Positions 28,325-41,720 of a stretch of 64,000 nt of DNA are shown here, one piece after another (within the stretch, counting starts at the first letter, position 1; each line of letters begins with the position of its first letter). The position numbers and the translations under genes were made by a program. Source of the stretch: Eledone cirrhosa (Eukaryota); contig OZ024763.1 in assembly GCA_964016885.1 (NCBI GenBank), positions 24,490,001 to 24,554,000 on the forward strand. Reading direction: 5' to 3'. The notes below the pieces were generated by a model. The model did not search any database. It was not told the DNA's origin and saw only the letters and a list, made by a program, of their open reading frames with translations.

Positions 28325-29630
28325 ACCACAGCTATCAACTACCACCACTACCAACACAGCTATCAACTACCACCACTACCAACACAGCTATCAACTACCA
28401 CCACTACCAACACAGCTATCAACTACCACCACTACCAACACAGCTATCAACTACCACCACTACCAACACAGCTATCAACTACCACCACTACCAACACAGC
28501 TATCAACTACCACCACTACCACCACAGCTATCAACTACCACCACTACCAACACAGCTATCAACTACCACCACTACCAACACAGCTATCAACTACCACCAC
28601 TACCACCACAGCTATCAACTACCACCACTACCAACACAGCTATCAACTACCACCATTACCACCACAGCTATCAACTACCACCACTACCACCACAGCTATC
28701 AACTACCACCACTACCAACACAGCTATCAACTACCACCACTACCAACACAGCTATCAACTACCACCACTACCAACACAGCTATCAACTACCACCACTACC
28801 AACACAGCTATCAACTACCACCATTACCACCACAGCTATCAACTACCACCACTACCAACACAGCTATCAACTACCACCACTACCAACACAGCTATCAACT
28901 ACCACCACTACCAACACAGCTATCAACTACCACCATTACCACCACAGCTATCAACTACCACCACTACCACCACAGCTATCAACTACCACCACTACCAACA
29001 CAGCTATCAACTACCACCACTACCAACACAGCTATCAACTACCACCATTACCACCACAGCTATCAACTACCACCACTACCAACACAGCTATCAACTACCA
29101 CCACTACCAACACAGCTATCAACTACCACCACTACCAACACAGCTATCAACTACCACCACTACCAACACAGCTATCAACTACCACCATTACCACCACAGC
29201 TATCAACTACCACCATTACCACCACAGCTATCAACTACCACCACTACCAACACAGCTATCAACTACCACCATTACCAACACAGCTATCAACTACCACCAC
29301 TACCTCCACAGCTATCAACTACCACCACTACCAACACCACAACCACGACAGCTATCAACTACCACCACTACCAACACCACTACCAACGCCACGACCACGA
29401 CAGCTCTCATCTACCACCACTACCAACACAGCTATCAACTACCACCACTACCAACACCACAACCACCACTGCTATCAACTACCACCACTACCAACACCAC
29501 TACCAACGCCACAACCACGACAGCTATCATCTACCACTACTACCAACACAGCTATCAACTACCACCACTACCAACACCACAACCACGACAGCTATCATCT
29601 ACCACCACTACCAACACAGCTATTAACTAC
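28325..29630. repeat. 28-bp minisatellite (acagctatcaactaccaccactaccaac)n
   Basis: More than 35 tandem units; explains the 556-aa and 508-aa ORFs. Confidence 0.95.
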
Positions 29631-30456
29631 CACTACCCCTACCAACGCAGCAATCAACTACCACCACCACCACTACCAACACAGCTATCAACTACCCCCA
29701 CCCCCACCACCACTCGCAATATGGTACCCATTACATCAACAACATCACCACCACCACTACTGGCAATATGGTACCCATTACACCAACTATACCACCACCA
29801 CCAGTACCACCACTAACCACATCAACAACAACAACACAACCACCATCTCATTCGCTCCCTAACGTACGTTAGATTACATACAGATCAACTAAACATGTTA
29901 TCCCCAGCAGGCGTTGAGAATCCCTCACCTCCTCCTCCTCGTTCTTGCTAATGAAAGGTAAAAAGAAAATGACAAATGGACGACGACATCTTCATCTCTA
30001 CTTTCACTTTCACATTCGCCTTCATTCCCTAGTTTCACTTTCACTTTAGACTTTCTACGTTTTTCTTTTTTCTTTTTCGCAATTCGCCGTCTTTCAGCTG
30101 TTTGCCTCGTTTGATAACATATTTAATGCCAATTTAACATCTCCTGGAAGCCATAAGCCAAGATAAATTGACTGGCGTCAACCAATGACGGTGATGCGCC
30201 ACTAATACTGAAATACTTAGATTCACCTCTTTTTCCTCTCTACCTCACCTTTAACAACAACCCTCTTTTATTTAAGAGAGAGAGATGCTGGCGTTATTTT
30301 TTTGTTTTGATTTAGATTTTATAATATACGTGTGTGTATAGGTGAGTGTGTGTGTGTGTGTGTAGAAGTGTGATCGTCTTACTCTGTGTGTGTGTGAGTG
30401 TGCGTGTGTGTGTACGTTTGCATAGGTGAGAGAGTGTGTGTAGAGGTGTGATAGTC

Positions 30457-30505
<49 letters not shown>

Positions 30506-30654
30506 GTGTGATATTCTTACTATGTGTGTGTCTATGCATGCATATATATATATATATATATGTGTGTGTATGTGTGTGTACGTTTCTATAGGTGAGAGAG
30601 TGTGTAGAGTTGTGATAGTCTTATTGTACATATATATATCTCTCTCTCTCTCTC

Positions 30655-30743
<89 letters not shown>

Positions 30744-30883
30744 GGATTTAAATGGATACAGTTCAGTAAAAGGAATTTATTGACACGTGTTTCTTTTGAA
30801 ACTACAACTGGAACCGTCAAGCAAACCCTACGTGAGCTGTCCATCTACTGTGTGTAATATTCATATTACAACACTACGGAATA

Positions 30884-30942
<59 letters not shown>

Positions 30943-31101
30943 AGGGAGTTATAGTCCACCTGAAACATTGTGTAATGAGGTATAAACGTTTGTATATGTA
31001 TAATAAAGCCAAAACAATGCAGGTATGGACATAGAATAAAGAATGCAAATGCAAAAGATATTGTTGACAATTAGTCTTTTACCTTAGATTTATTTAAATG
31101 T

Positions 31102-31136
31102 CCTTAATTTTCAAGATAATATCTCTTCTTCGGAGG
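31102..31136 (-). ncRNA. Minimal hammerhead motif, U4C variant
   Basis: Minus strand reads cct CCGAAGA a GAGAT att ATCTT GAAA AT TA^agg, within a TA-flanked island at 30940-31180. Confidence 0.5.
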
Positions 31137-31180
31137 GAAGTAAAGCGGTTAAACCAGTCTTCTAAATAGCTTGCCAAGTC

Positions 31181-31212
<32 letters not shown>

Positions 31213-31290
31213 GGAGAGAGCGCGAGAGGGAGAGAGAGCGAGAGAGAGCGAGCGAGAGGGAGAGAGAGCGAGAGAGAGAGAGAGATAGAG

Positions 31291-31345
31291 ATAGATGACA
31301 TTCTACAGGACTAGAATGAAACAGTTCTAGTCCTATTGAATCTCA

Positions 31346-31348
<3 letters not shown>
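31291..31348. mobile_element. Family G mini-hairpin
   Basis: agatgacattctacaggactagaa / ttctagtcctattgaatctcatct. Contains GAAAcagttctagtcct. Confidence 0.6.
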
Positions 31349-31438
<90 letters not shown>

Positions 31439-31739
31439 GTATATATATACGCACGTGTAGGTGAAAGAGTGTGTGTGTGTCGAGCTGTGATAGTCTTACT
31501 GTGTGTATGTGTGGGGGTGTGTAGTAGTCTGCGTGTGCAGTTGATTGTATGTGTGACTGTGTCTGTATATTTATGTATATGATAGTGTGAATGTATGACT
31601 GTATGAAGTTGTGTATGTATGTGTGTGTGTGTGTGTGTGTGTGTAGTTGACTGTATATGTCTATATATATATATGTATATGATTGTGTCTATATGTGACT
31701 GTATGAGGCTCTGCATATGTGTATATATATGTATATATA

Positions 31740-32095
31740 TATATGTGTGTGTGTAGTTGACTATATGTATCAGTATATATATATATATGTTAGTGTATAT
31801 ATGTGACTCTATAAGGCTGTGTATATATGTGTGTGTGTAGTTGACTATATGTATCAGCATATATATATATGTATATGTTAGTGTATATATGTGACTGTAT
31901 AAGGCTGTGTATATATGTGTGTGTGTAGTTGACTATATGTATCAGTATATATATATATGTATATGTTAGTGTATATATGTGACTGTATAAGGCTGTGTAT
32001 ATATGTGTGTGTGTAGTTGACTATATGTATCAGTATATGTATATGTTAGTGTATATATGTGACTCTATAAGGCTGTGTATATATGTGTGTGTGTA
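31740..32095. repeat. Minisatellite, ~85-90 bp unit, four copies
   Basis: tagttgactatatgtatcag...gttagtgtatatatgtgact..ataaggctgtg is repeated. Confidence 0.85.
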
Positions 32096-32209
32096 TGTGT
32101 AGTTCTATATATAGATATACATATACTTCAGGACACGGCCGAGTCTGAACTTATATCATATCTTGACACTGTAGAACATTTGTATTTTTTAGGTTTCATG
32201 TTTGTATGG

Positions 32210-32620
32210 GTGTAGGTGTGTGTGTGTGTAGGTGGGAGTGTGTGTGTGTAGGTGGTAGTGTGTGTGTGTAGGTGGTAGTGTGTGTGTGTGTAGGTGGTAA
32301 TGTGTGTGTGTGTAGGTGGGAGTGTGTGTGTGTGTGTAGGTGGGAGCGTGTGTGTAGGTGGGAGTGTGTGAGTGTGTAGGTGGGAGTGTGTGTGTGTGTG
32401 TGTAGGTGGTAGTGTGTGTGTGTGTAGGTGGTAATGTGTGTGTGTGTAGGTGGGAGTGTGTGTGTGTGTGTGTGTAGGTGGGAGCGTGTGTGTAGGTGTG
32501 AGTGTGTGAGTGTGTAGGTGGGAGTGTGTGTGTGTGTGTGTAGGTGGGAGTGTGTGTGTGTGTGTAGCTGGGAGAGTGCGTGTGTAGGTGGGAGTGTGTG
32601 TGTGTGTAGGTGGAAGTGTG
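32210..32620. repeat. Compound minisatellite (gtaggtgggag(tg)n)
   Basis: Directly visible. Confidence 0.9.
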
Positions 32621-32824
32621 TGTGGATCTGTGTGATATATTGATTATGATAATGTGAACGTGTGTGTGTAGGTGGAAATGTGTAATATATGATGATAATA
32701 ATGATGATATATATATATATATATATATATCCAGGGAGTGTAACTTGAAGTTACTGTGTGGATGTGTGTATATAGATATATATTTAAATAAATATATATA
32801 TCAGTATATATATATATATATATA

Positions 32825-32998
32825 TCAATTCCACCCCGCACGTCCCTTCAATCTATTTTATTTCTCATTCTTTCTTCTGATGAAGGACTAGTGTCCGAAA
32901 CGTTAAGACCCTCTTCCTGTTATTTCAAGCGTTAAACTAATATATTCCTTCCATATACTGTACCGATTCTGTTGTTATTTCTGCTTACCCTTTAAATA
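32825..32998 (+). mobile_element. PLE pLTR-like fragment family J (second copy 43680-43840, minus)
   Basis: Shares tttctcattctttcttctgatgaag...tttcaagcgtt...ccttc.atatactgtaccg with the 43680 copy. Confidence 0.7.
32874..32909 (+). ncRNA. Canonical minimal type I hammerhead
   Basis: tctt CTGATGA a GGAC tagt GTCC GAAA CGT TA^agac. The palindromic stem III AACGTT is typical of PLE HHRs. Confidence 0.8.
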
Positions 32999-33096
32999 CA
33001 CACACACACACACACAGACGCACACATACACTACATACATACATACATACATACATACATACATACATACATACATACATACATACATACATACAT

Positions 33097-33420
33097 GGTG
33101 GCTGCCAACTCGTTTTGGAGTACGGCCACTACTTTATATCCATGTAGGAGAACCCCTACCGATGCGCTGAACGAGTGTGACCTTTTAGTCCAGCCAGCGA
33201 CTTGAAAACTCTGGTACAAACACTACACTTGTGACAATTACTGACACATAGTGCTGGGCCCATGGTACCATGTGACGACAAGTGAGTGCAGAGAGATCTC
33301 CAGATATAAAGCAATGCCTCTGCCGTGAAGCTTTTATAGTGACAAAGGCACTGCACAAAGCCAGTCCCACTCTCTTAACCAAGATGATATTTACCAAAAA
33401 GAAGAACAAGTCAACATCAT
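33097..33420 (-). mobile_element. Family E copy with (ATGT)n tail
   Basis: Near-identical to 26626-26945; encodes CHKCSVCTRVFKSLAGLKGHTRSAHR*. Confidence 0.8.
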
Positions 33421-33496
33421 ACATACATACATACATATATGCGTGTGTGTGTGTGTATATATATATATGTATACATCATACTTACATACATATGTA

Positions 33497-33530
<34 letters not shown>

Positions 33531-33563
33531 CATCATACATACATATGTATGTGTGTGTGTTTG

Positions 33564-33595
<32 letters not shown>

Positions 33596-34057
33596 TATAT
33601 ATATAATGAGAAGACTGTGTTTGTTGTGTCTGTGGTAACAGACTTAAGGAAATGAAAGACAGAGGATATAAAAGGAGATGGAGAGAAAGAGAGAGGGAGA
33701 GAGGGGGGGTGAAAGAGTGATAGAGAAAGTGAAAAAGTGAGAGAGGGGAAGATAGAAAGAGAGAGAGAGAAAAAAAGAGAAAGAGTGAACAAGAGAGAAA
33801 GAGTGAGAAAGAGAAAGAGAAAAAGAGAGTGAGAGAGAATGATGATGACGATGATGATGATGATGATGAGTACAAACAAACCATTGTTCGTGATGACTGT
33901 TCGAACAGGTAATACCAAAGACAAGAACATCACTAAAGCTAATTTCTAGGTGATACAACAGCGTGACTAATGGTTCGATAACCAACCAAGTATAGGTATG
34001 TATATGTATATACTTATATATATTTGTATATATGTATGTATGTATATGTGAATATAA

Positions 34058-34095
<38 letters not shown>

Positions 34096-35376
34096 CGAAG
34101 GAAATGTGGTAAGGAACCAGGTGGACCATAACGCACCAAAGTACTCAATACTTGGGGTAGTAGAGTGGGTAATAGGAACCAGTAAGACCCCGACGGCTGA
34201 GCTCAAGCCGTTTCGACGGCTAATTCAGGACTAAATGAAAATTTATCCTGGTATTTAAATAGCCGATCTTCTCAAGGGGTAATTCCATATATGGTCAAAG
34301 TGATTGTCAAAAATCAGTAGTAATTCTGTGATTGCAAATTAGTAGGGGAGATGGTGGCTAAACCTGCCAGTAGGAGAAAGAGGGGAGGGGGCGGAGTAGA
34401 CCCAATCAAGCGTTGGTAGTGCCAGCTACAGCTGGGTATGAGGTCAAAGAAGATACTGGGGAGGGGGAGGGGGAGGAAGTCGGAACGGTAGGTAGAACAA
34501 TGGGGGGTAAAAATATATATGAAAGAAAAAATACTGAGAGTGAAGAAAAGCGGATAAGTGTAAAGAAAAAAGTAAAGCAAGTTCTACGACCTAGGTCTCT
34601 AGCTATTGTTGGGCTAGAATAAATAAATAAAGAAAGAAAGAAAGAAGTAAAGAAAGAAATAAAGAAATAACGAAATAAGTAAATGAACTAGGTGGGACGG
34701 AATAGGCAAGGACCCTTTTAACAGGTATAAGTACGTAAATGATACGGTGACGGGTCAACAAATGGGGCCAAAATACTAAAGAGACTACCACGAAATAAAT
34801 AATAAAGGTTTCTATCCCGGGCACAATGCCAGCAACCACCCAGTGCAGCAAAGTGAACTAGTACGAGATAATAATTCTGAGTCCCGAAAAAAATATATAC
34901 TAATGCTAACTCTAAAAGATCTAAAACAAGCTACATGAAAGTTCGTACGAAGTAAAGGTAGAATACGGAAAAATAAATTCAGAATCCACCCCGCCCAAAA
35001 GAAAAAGCGAAGAAAGAAATACTGAAACGAGAAAATAAGGCATAAGTGCCACTAAGAAATATAGAAGGCACGGAGAATAGTGGGAGCGGTCGGAAAAAGG
35101 GGGCAAGTATCCGGGGTCTAAACCAACTGCTATAAAAGGCGGAGTCCGCCAAATCTATCATAGACTAGGGAAGGGGGTGGGGGTACTAAGGCTACAAGGG
35201 GCCAAAGGGCAGCCTCGGGTGGGCGAGAAAAGACGCCGACAAAGGAGAAGAGCTGGGGTAGAAGGACTAAGGAGGGAAGAGGGGAAGGAAATAAAGGAAG
35301 CGATAAAAGAATAAAAAGATCTTACGTCTCCCTTGGCAAGCAGGGGTTACCCATTGCAAAATCGGCAAGTGGGGTG

Positions 35377-36262
35377 TTATAGCCCTAGTCTACCCCCCGG
35401 GTCATTATGGGGTTTGAGGGCGAGGTAAGTCCTACGCAATCTATGTTTACATGCAGTAACCAGTTCATCTTTCTTGTTTAGGAGTTGGTCCGTCGAAAAC
35501 AGCATTTGTAAAGTTTCCTCCGAGCATAAATTGCACGGACGGCGTCCTCCCGTGTAAGAGTTGGCTCTGGACAGTAATCTCCAAGTAAGATCATAGGTGA
35601 TGTTGTTGTCCTTGAGGTCCCATATGTGGCCCGAAAGTGTAGTGGCGTGACGCCGGGCCGGGTTTCGGAAGGTATGTCTATGTTGGTATAGCCGGGTCTT
35701 GAAGTCACATGCGGTAAGTCCTATATAGGCTTTGTTGGAGGTATCCGTCCTCACGTTGCACTGGTACATCACATTACGGTCTCTGCATCTATTGTCGAGT
35801 GGGCAAATGGATCTATCCGGACAGTTACACCTCCTGGTCGGTTCTCCACTGCTATTTAGGTTATTTCTGCCATCGGGGTTGAGTTTTTGTTGTTAGAGGA
35901 GACGATGTTTTGTGCGAAGTTTGGTGTAGTGCTGTAAGAGAGTTTGATGGTATTTTTGTTAATTATGTTGTGGTAGCGGTGTTGTAATGGGAAGTGTTTT
36001 TCAATGAGCCTAAAGAATAGTTTCCCAATGGGAGTTGTCACCTCTGCGTTGTGGAGAGGATTGAACCATGTTACATTGCGTGAGCGGCGGAGTCTCCTGC
36101 TGGTTCCGCTAATGGGAGCTGGACAGTAGGATATATCCTCCCGGAAACCACTCCGCTTGAGGGCCTGGTTGTAATAAGGCGCATGTTCATCGAATATCCG
36201 CTCATTAGCTGACAAACGGGATATGCGGAGGGAGATGTTTTTGACCAGGTTGTTTGTGATGG
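35377..36262 (-). pseudogene. PLE ORF C-terminus: thumb/linker, Cys motif and GIY-YIG endonuclease (Nematis/Neptune-like), disrupted
   Basis: YNQALKRSGF...VTWFNP...TIKLSYS, then CNCPDRSICPLDNRC...VMYQC...AYIGLTACDFKTRLYQH...LSGHIWDLK...CNLCSEE...LLNKKDELVTACKH. Frame break near 35856. Confidence 0.9.
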
Positions 36263-36403
36263 CACTACCAACGCTTGATTGGGTCTACTCCACCCCCTCC
36301 CCTCTTTCTCCTACTGGCAGGTTTAGCCACCATCTCCCCTACTAATTTGCAATCACAGAATTACTACTGATTTTTGACAATCACTTTGACCATATATGGA
36401 ATT

Positions 36404-36497
36404 ACCCCTTGAGAAGATCGGCTATTTAAATACCAGGATAAATTTTCATTTAGTCCAGAATTAGCCGTCGAAACGGCTTGAGCACAGCCGTCGGGGT
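36404..36497 (+). ncRNA. Hammerhead ribozyme, U3-A8 core with long stem II (element-sense copy 34187-34280, minus)
   Basis: ACCCC TTGAGAA ga-t-CGGCTAtt...aatTAGCCG-tc GAAA CGGCT tgagcac AGCCG TC^GGGGT. All three stems pair. Confidence 0.8.
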
Positions 36498-36536
36498 CTT
36501 ACTGGTTCCTATATATATATATATATATATATATAT

Positions 36537-36921
36537 CTAAAGGAACGATCGACTTTCGTCAAATCGGACCGAGGGAACAATGTTTCTGTTGGTCTTTCCA
36601 ATTGCTAATACAATCTATCTGTCGCAACTCCAGGTAGAAGGAGCAACGTGAAATAAAGTGTCTTGCTCAAGGACATAACGCATCACCTGGTCTAGGAATC
36701 GAACTCACAACCTTACGATTGCGAATCCAATTCTCTAACCACTCAGCCACACGCCTTCACTTTGAAGTGGACCAGGAGATGCGTTATGTTCTTGAGCAAG
36801 ACACTTTATTTCACGTTGCTCCTTCTACTTGGAGTTGCGACCGATAGATAGTATTAGCAATTGGAAAGACCAACGGAAACACTGTTCCCTCGGTCCGATT
36901 TGGCGAAAGTCGATCGTTCCT
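36537..36921. mobile_element. SINE family C in fold-back arrangement
   Basis: Full copy on minus (36537-36758) lies head-to-head with a 5'-truncated plus copy (36768-36921). TA flanks. Confidence 0.85.
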
Positions 36922-36934
36922 CATATATATATAT

Positions 36935-37256
36935 GTAGAGGTTATATTTAATTTGTTGGGATACAACAAGCAAACTATTTTTATAACAGATATAAAGCAC
37001 TCAACAAATTATTGTAGTAAATATACAATATATTAACAAATGGAAACTATATTTATAAAACCATATTTATTTCATTATACATCTTTCAAGGGCCACCAGA
37101 GCTTTTTTAAGGGTATGTCAATATTTATTTATAAAACTAACCTATATTATATTTTATCTGATGAAAGCGCACCATATTTTGCTCTGGTGGCCCTTGAAAT
37201 ATGTATAATGAAATAAATATGGTTTTATAAATATAGTTTCCATTTGTTAATATATT
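36935..37256 (-). mobile_element. Family B fold-back copy (HHR at 37150-37215, plus)
   Basis: Tail plus inverted arms. tattttat CTGATGA aagcgcacca...tggtggccctt GAAA tatgta TA atgaaata. Confidence 0.85.
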
Positions 37257-37347
37257 CTATATATATATATGTATGTATGTGTATATATATGTGTATATAT
37301 TTATATACATATATATATATATATGTATATGTATGTATGTGGATATA

Positions 37348-37416
<69 letters not shown>

Positions 37417-37844
37417 ATATATATGTATATATATATATATGTATATATATGTGTATATATGTATATATATTTATGTATGTATGTGTATATACGTATATGT
37501 GTATATATGTATGCATCTATGTATGTGTGTCCATATATATATGTATGTACGTAAGTGTGTGTGTGTGTATGCATGTATGTATGTATGTATGAGTATGTAT
37601 ATATGTGTGTACGTATGCGTGTGTGTAGGTATGTATATATGTATGTGTGCGTGTAAGTATGTATGTATATATTTGTATATATCTGTGAACGTATGAATCT
37701 ATGTGTATATTTGTATGTATATATAGCTATGTATGTATATGCATGTATGCATGTGTATATATATATAGAGAGAGATATATATATTTGTTAAATCTAGTTA
37801 TGTAGGTTGATAGATAAATAGGTAGTTTTTTCTAGATTGATATG

Positions 37845-38058
37845 TGTAATGCTGTGTAATGGGATATGTAATGGTATGTGTAATGCTGTGTAATGGGATA
37901 TGTAATGGTATGTGTAATGCTGTGTAATGGGATATGTAATGGTATGTGTAATGCTGTGTAATGGGATATGTAATGGTATGTGTAATGCTGTGTAATGGGA
38001 TATGTAATGGTATGTGTAATGCTGTGTAATGGGATATGTAATGGTATGTGTAATGGTA
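37845..38058. repeat. 34-bp minisatellite, six copies
   Basis: Unit gtaatgctgtgtaatgggatatgtaatggtatgt. Confidence 0.95.
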
Positions 38059-38191
38059 TTGAAGGGTGGAGGGGAGGGGGGTCGTCATTTATTTTGATGA
38101 ATAAACAGTCGATGATTTCAAGGCTGAATTGTTGATAGGTTAAGTGAGATTAATCGGGGGCGAATCAGTCAGGTAGAAAATGAATTGATGG

Positions 38192-38288
<97 letters not shown>

Positions 38289-38373
38289 ACGAAGGAGTTG
38301 TGGTAAGGAACCAGATGGACCATAATGCACCAGAGTACTCAATACTCAGGGTAGTAGAGTGGATAATAGGAAA
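38289..38373 (-). mobile_element. Family A tail-only copy
   Basis: acgaaggagttgtggtaaggaaccag...taataggaa between TA tracts. Confidence 0.85.
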
Positions 38374-38573
38374 ATATATGTGTAAATATATATATATATA
38401 TATATATATAGTAATAATAACAAATTTGAAGACTAAAATCCAAAGAGGGCTTGATAAGGATAAATATATATCAAATATATAAGAACCGTAGAGCAAATAT
38501 TTATTAAAATAACAGATTAAAGTTCAAGCAAAGAATCGCTGCTTTTACCCTTAACGGGCTCTTCTGAATATAT

Positions 38574-38665
<92 letters not shown>

Positions 38666-38832
38666 GTATATGTATATACATATATATATATATATATATA
38701 CACATACACAAATTCAGAAACCAGTTTGTGTTCTACCTGTCTGGATATATATATATATGTATATGTGTGTGTGTGTGTGTGTGTATGTGTGTGCGTGTGT
38801 GCGCGTGCATGTGTATGTGTGTGTGTGTTATA

Positions 38833-38948
38833 TTATAGAAATAACTTCTATAGGACTAGAACTGTTTCATTCCTTAGAAGACATGATGGTTTCTGATTTT
38901 TTACGAATAAAAACAGTTCGAGTTCTGTAGGAGTCATTTCTATAATAA
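38833..38948. mobile_element. Family G hairpin
   Basis: tattatagaaataacttctataggactagaactgttt / aaacagttcgagttctgtaggagtcatttctataata. Confidence 0.7.
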
Positions 38949-38952
38949 AATG

Positions 38953-38983
<31 letters not shown>

Positions 38984-39579
38984 TAAAGTATTGACTCCCT
39001 TTTTCATCAGCGGTGGCCTCGCGATTTGCATCGGAATTCCACAAACACACACACACACGCACATACACATACATATATAATGTGTGTGTTCTCGTGTAAA
39101 GGCAGATGGTTTCGCTGTGATCCGTCTTCTCGCTCCTTCTACATACCTATTTTGTTTGCTATCTACTCTTCCTCCTCTTTCTTTCTCTCCCTTTCCCCCT
39201 CACACTTTCACTCACCCACTCTCTGCTAGCCACCTCTGTGTTTCCCCCTCACCCGACCCTTTAGAAGTCCTTTTCTCACTCACACTCGCAAGGGCCAGAC
39301 GTGTCTCTTTGCTCGTCCGCACAATCTATAACTTATGTTCAGTAATAGTCGTGGACTCTCATATGGAGTTTTCTCTCTTCTAGTTGTTCACATACTCTTC
39401 AGTTTATTGTTTCCCGTTTTTTTTTTTTTTGCTTTTTTTCTTCTTCCCTTTCCCGTCTGTTATTGAACGCACTGGGGGTAGATATCTTGTCTTTAATGCG
39501 TAGAAATATCCGAGATCCCCAGCAGACAACTGACGAGGAAAACTCCTCCCGTTTTTGCTTTCTTCTTATTATTATTTTT

Positions 39580-39966
39580 AAGGTGGATTGGTACTATCGG
39601 TAGAGAGTCGGACGCCATGCTTTGCAGCAAAGAGTTACGGCCCTTGCCATTCTGAGTTCAAATCCCGCCGAGGTTAACTTTGCCTTTCATCCTTACGGGG
39701 TCGATAAAATAAAGTACCAGTAATGCACTGGGATAATTGCTGGCCTTGTGCCAAAAGTAGAAACAATTATTTTTAAAGGCGGTGGATTGGCAGTACCGGT
39801 AGAGGGTCGGACACCATGCTTTCCAGCAGAGTTACGTCCCTTTACGATCTGAGTTCAAATCCCGCCGAGGTTGACTTTTCCTTTCATCCTTACGGGGTTG
39901 ATAAAATAAAGTACCAGTAATGCACTGGGTAATTGCTGGCCTTGTGCCTAAAATAGAAACAATTAT
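39580..39966 (+). mobile_element. Two tandem SINE family D copies
   Basis: Copies at 39580-39770 and 39778-39966, each with GAGTTCAAATCC and an agaaacaattat end. Confidence 0.92.
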
Positions 39967-40552
39967 TTTAAAGCATACCTTATCTAACAACTACAGCCAA
40001 TTCTCTTCTTCATATATATATATATATATATATAATTAGCTGAAGAAATAAATAGCTGAAGAAGTAGGTACCCCCGTGATGTGGTTTCTTTAACTCCTGC
40101 TACTTGAAATAGCAGCTAAATCCTCTTCAATTCATACCTTACTCTCATGGAAAAGGAAGTCTAGGAGAATATATTATATAATTTTCATTAACATTTCTAT
40201 AATTCTAATTATTTTTTCTAATTTTTTTCCATCGAGACAGGTTAGCAAACTCTCGTTCAAACATTTGAACGAGAAGATACGACTCACATTCGTAGCTTAC
40301 AGTTCTGCAGTGCTTGTAAGCTTATGAAACCTGTGGGTCCAGATGGAATGGCGTTTTGTGAATCATATTAGATATATATTAACACTGGCTCTGTTTATAT
40401 ATATATAGAAAGGTCTCCTTGTTGACATTCTTTGTTTCACTTGCATACACATATATACAAAGACAGGCATATATATAGGAAAAGTAAAAAACAAAAACAA
40501 TAACAAGGAGTGCAGTTACGAACAGTGTTTGGAATTAGGTTCGCGCTTATAC

Positions 40553-40628
<76 letters not shown>

Positions 40629-40659
40629 CTGTGTGTATGTATGTGTATATATATATATG

Positions 40660-40733
<74 letters not shown>

Positions 40734-40783
40734 CACTTATGTGTGTATGAGTATATGTGTAAATAAACATACAAATATGTCTG

Positions 40784-40903
<120 letters not shown>

Positions 40904-41365
40904 ATTAAGACGAGAAAGGAGACAGAAAGATGGATAGACTGATAAAGAGACAAAGATGGAGGGACGTAGATCGATAAATAACTAATTTAAAAAAAAAATA
41001 ATATATATAGATAAGTAGACAGGCGGACAGACGATATATAGATAGATATAGTTCAATAGTCAAAACAGATATATTGTTCAATAGATCGATAAATCAATTG
41101 TTAGAAGAAAACAAAAAGAGACTTAAAGTCTGCGATGAAAAGAGAGGTGTGTATAGGAAGGAGTGTATATATATGTAAATAGGTGGTGTGGAAGATGGGG
41201 CTAATTGGTGTGAAGTTACGCATGGAAAAACACAATATACACTGTATACATCATACACTGTCTACATCGACCATCTTGATAGGGTGTATAGCTATATATG
41301 CACAACAAACCTCGAAAATATATAAACATACACACACAGACACACATATATATATAAATATATAT

Positions 41366-41482
<117 letters not shown>

Positions 41483-41675
41483 ACGAAGGAAATGTGGTAA
41501 GGAACCAGGTGGACCATAACGCACCAAAGTACTCAATATTTGAGGTAGTAGAGTGGGTAATAGGAACCCGTAAGACCCCGACAGCTGAGCTCAAGCCGTT
41601 TCGACGGCTAATTCTGGACAAGAATTAGCCGTCGAAACGGCTTGAGCTCAGCTGTCGGGGTCTTACTGGTTCCTA
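41483..41675 (-). mobile_element. Family A fold-back copy
   Basis: Tail plus perfect inverted arms around a ~5-nt loop. The short arm ends in ggttccta. Confidence 0.9.
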
Positions 41676-41720
41676 TATGTATATATATATATATATATAT
41701 GTATAAATATATATATATAT

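Larger units (their letters stand above)
34095..36511 (-). mobile_element. 5'-truncated Penelope-like element (parent of family A) with inverted pLTRs and 3' tail
   Basis: 252-bp inverted repeats at 34173-34424 and 36260-36511. 78-bp tail at 34095-34172. GIY-YIG coding remnant inside. (TA)n on both sides. Confidence 0.92.

Noticed and set aside
28192-29862. 556-aa and 508-aa mucin-like ORFs
   Set aside because: A 28-bp minisatellite that is not a multiple of 3, so the same peptide appears in different frames.
39530-39548. CTGACGA GGA aaac TCC
   Set aside because: Only the 5' half of a hammerhead; GAAA and stem III are missing.
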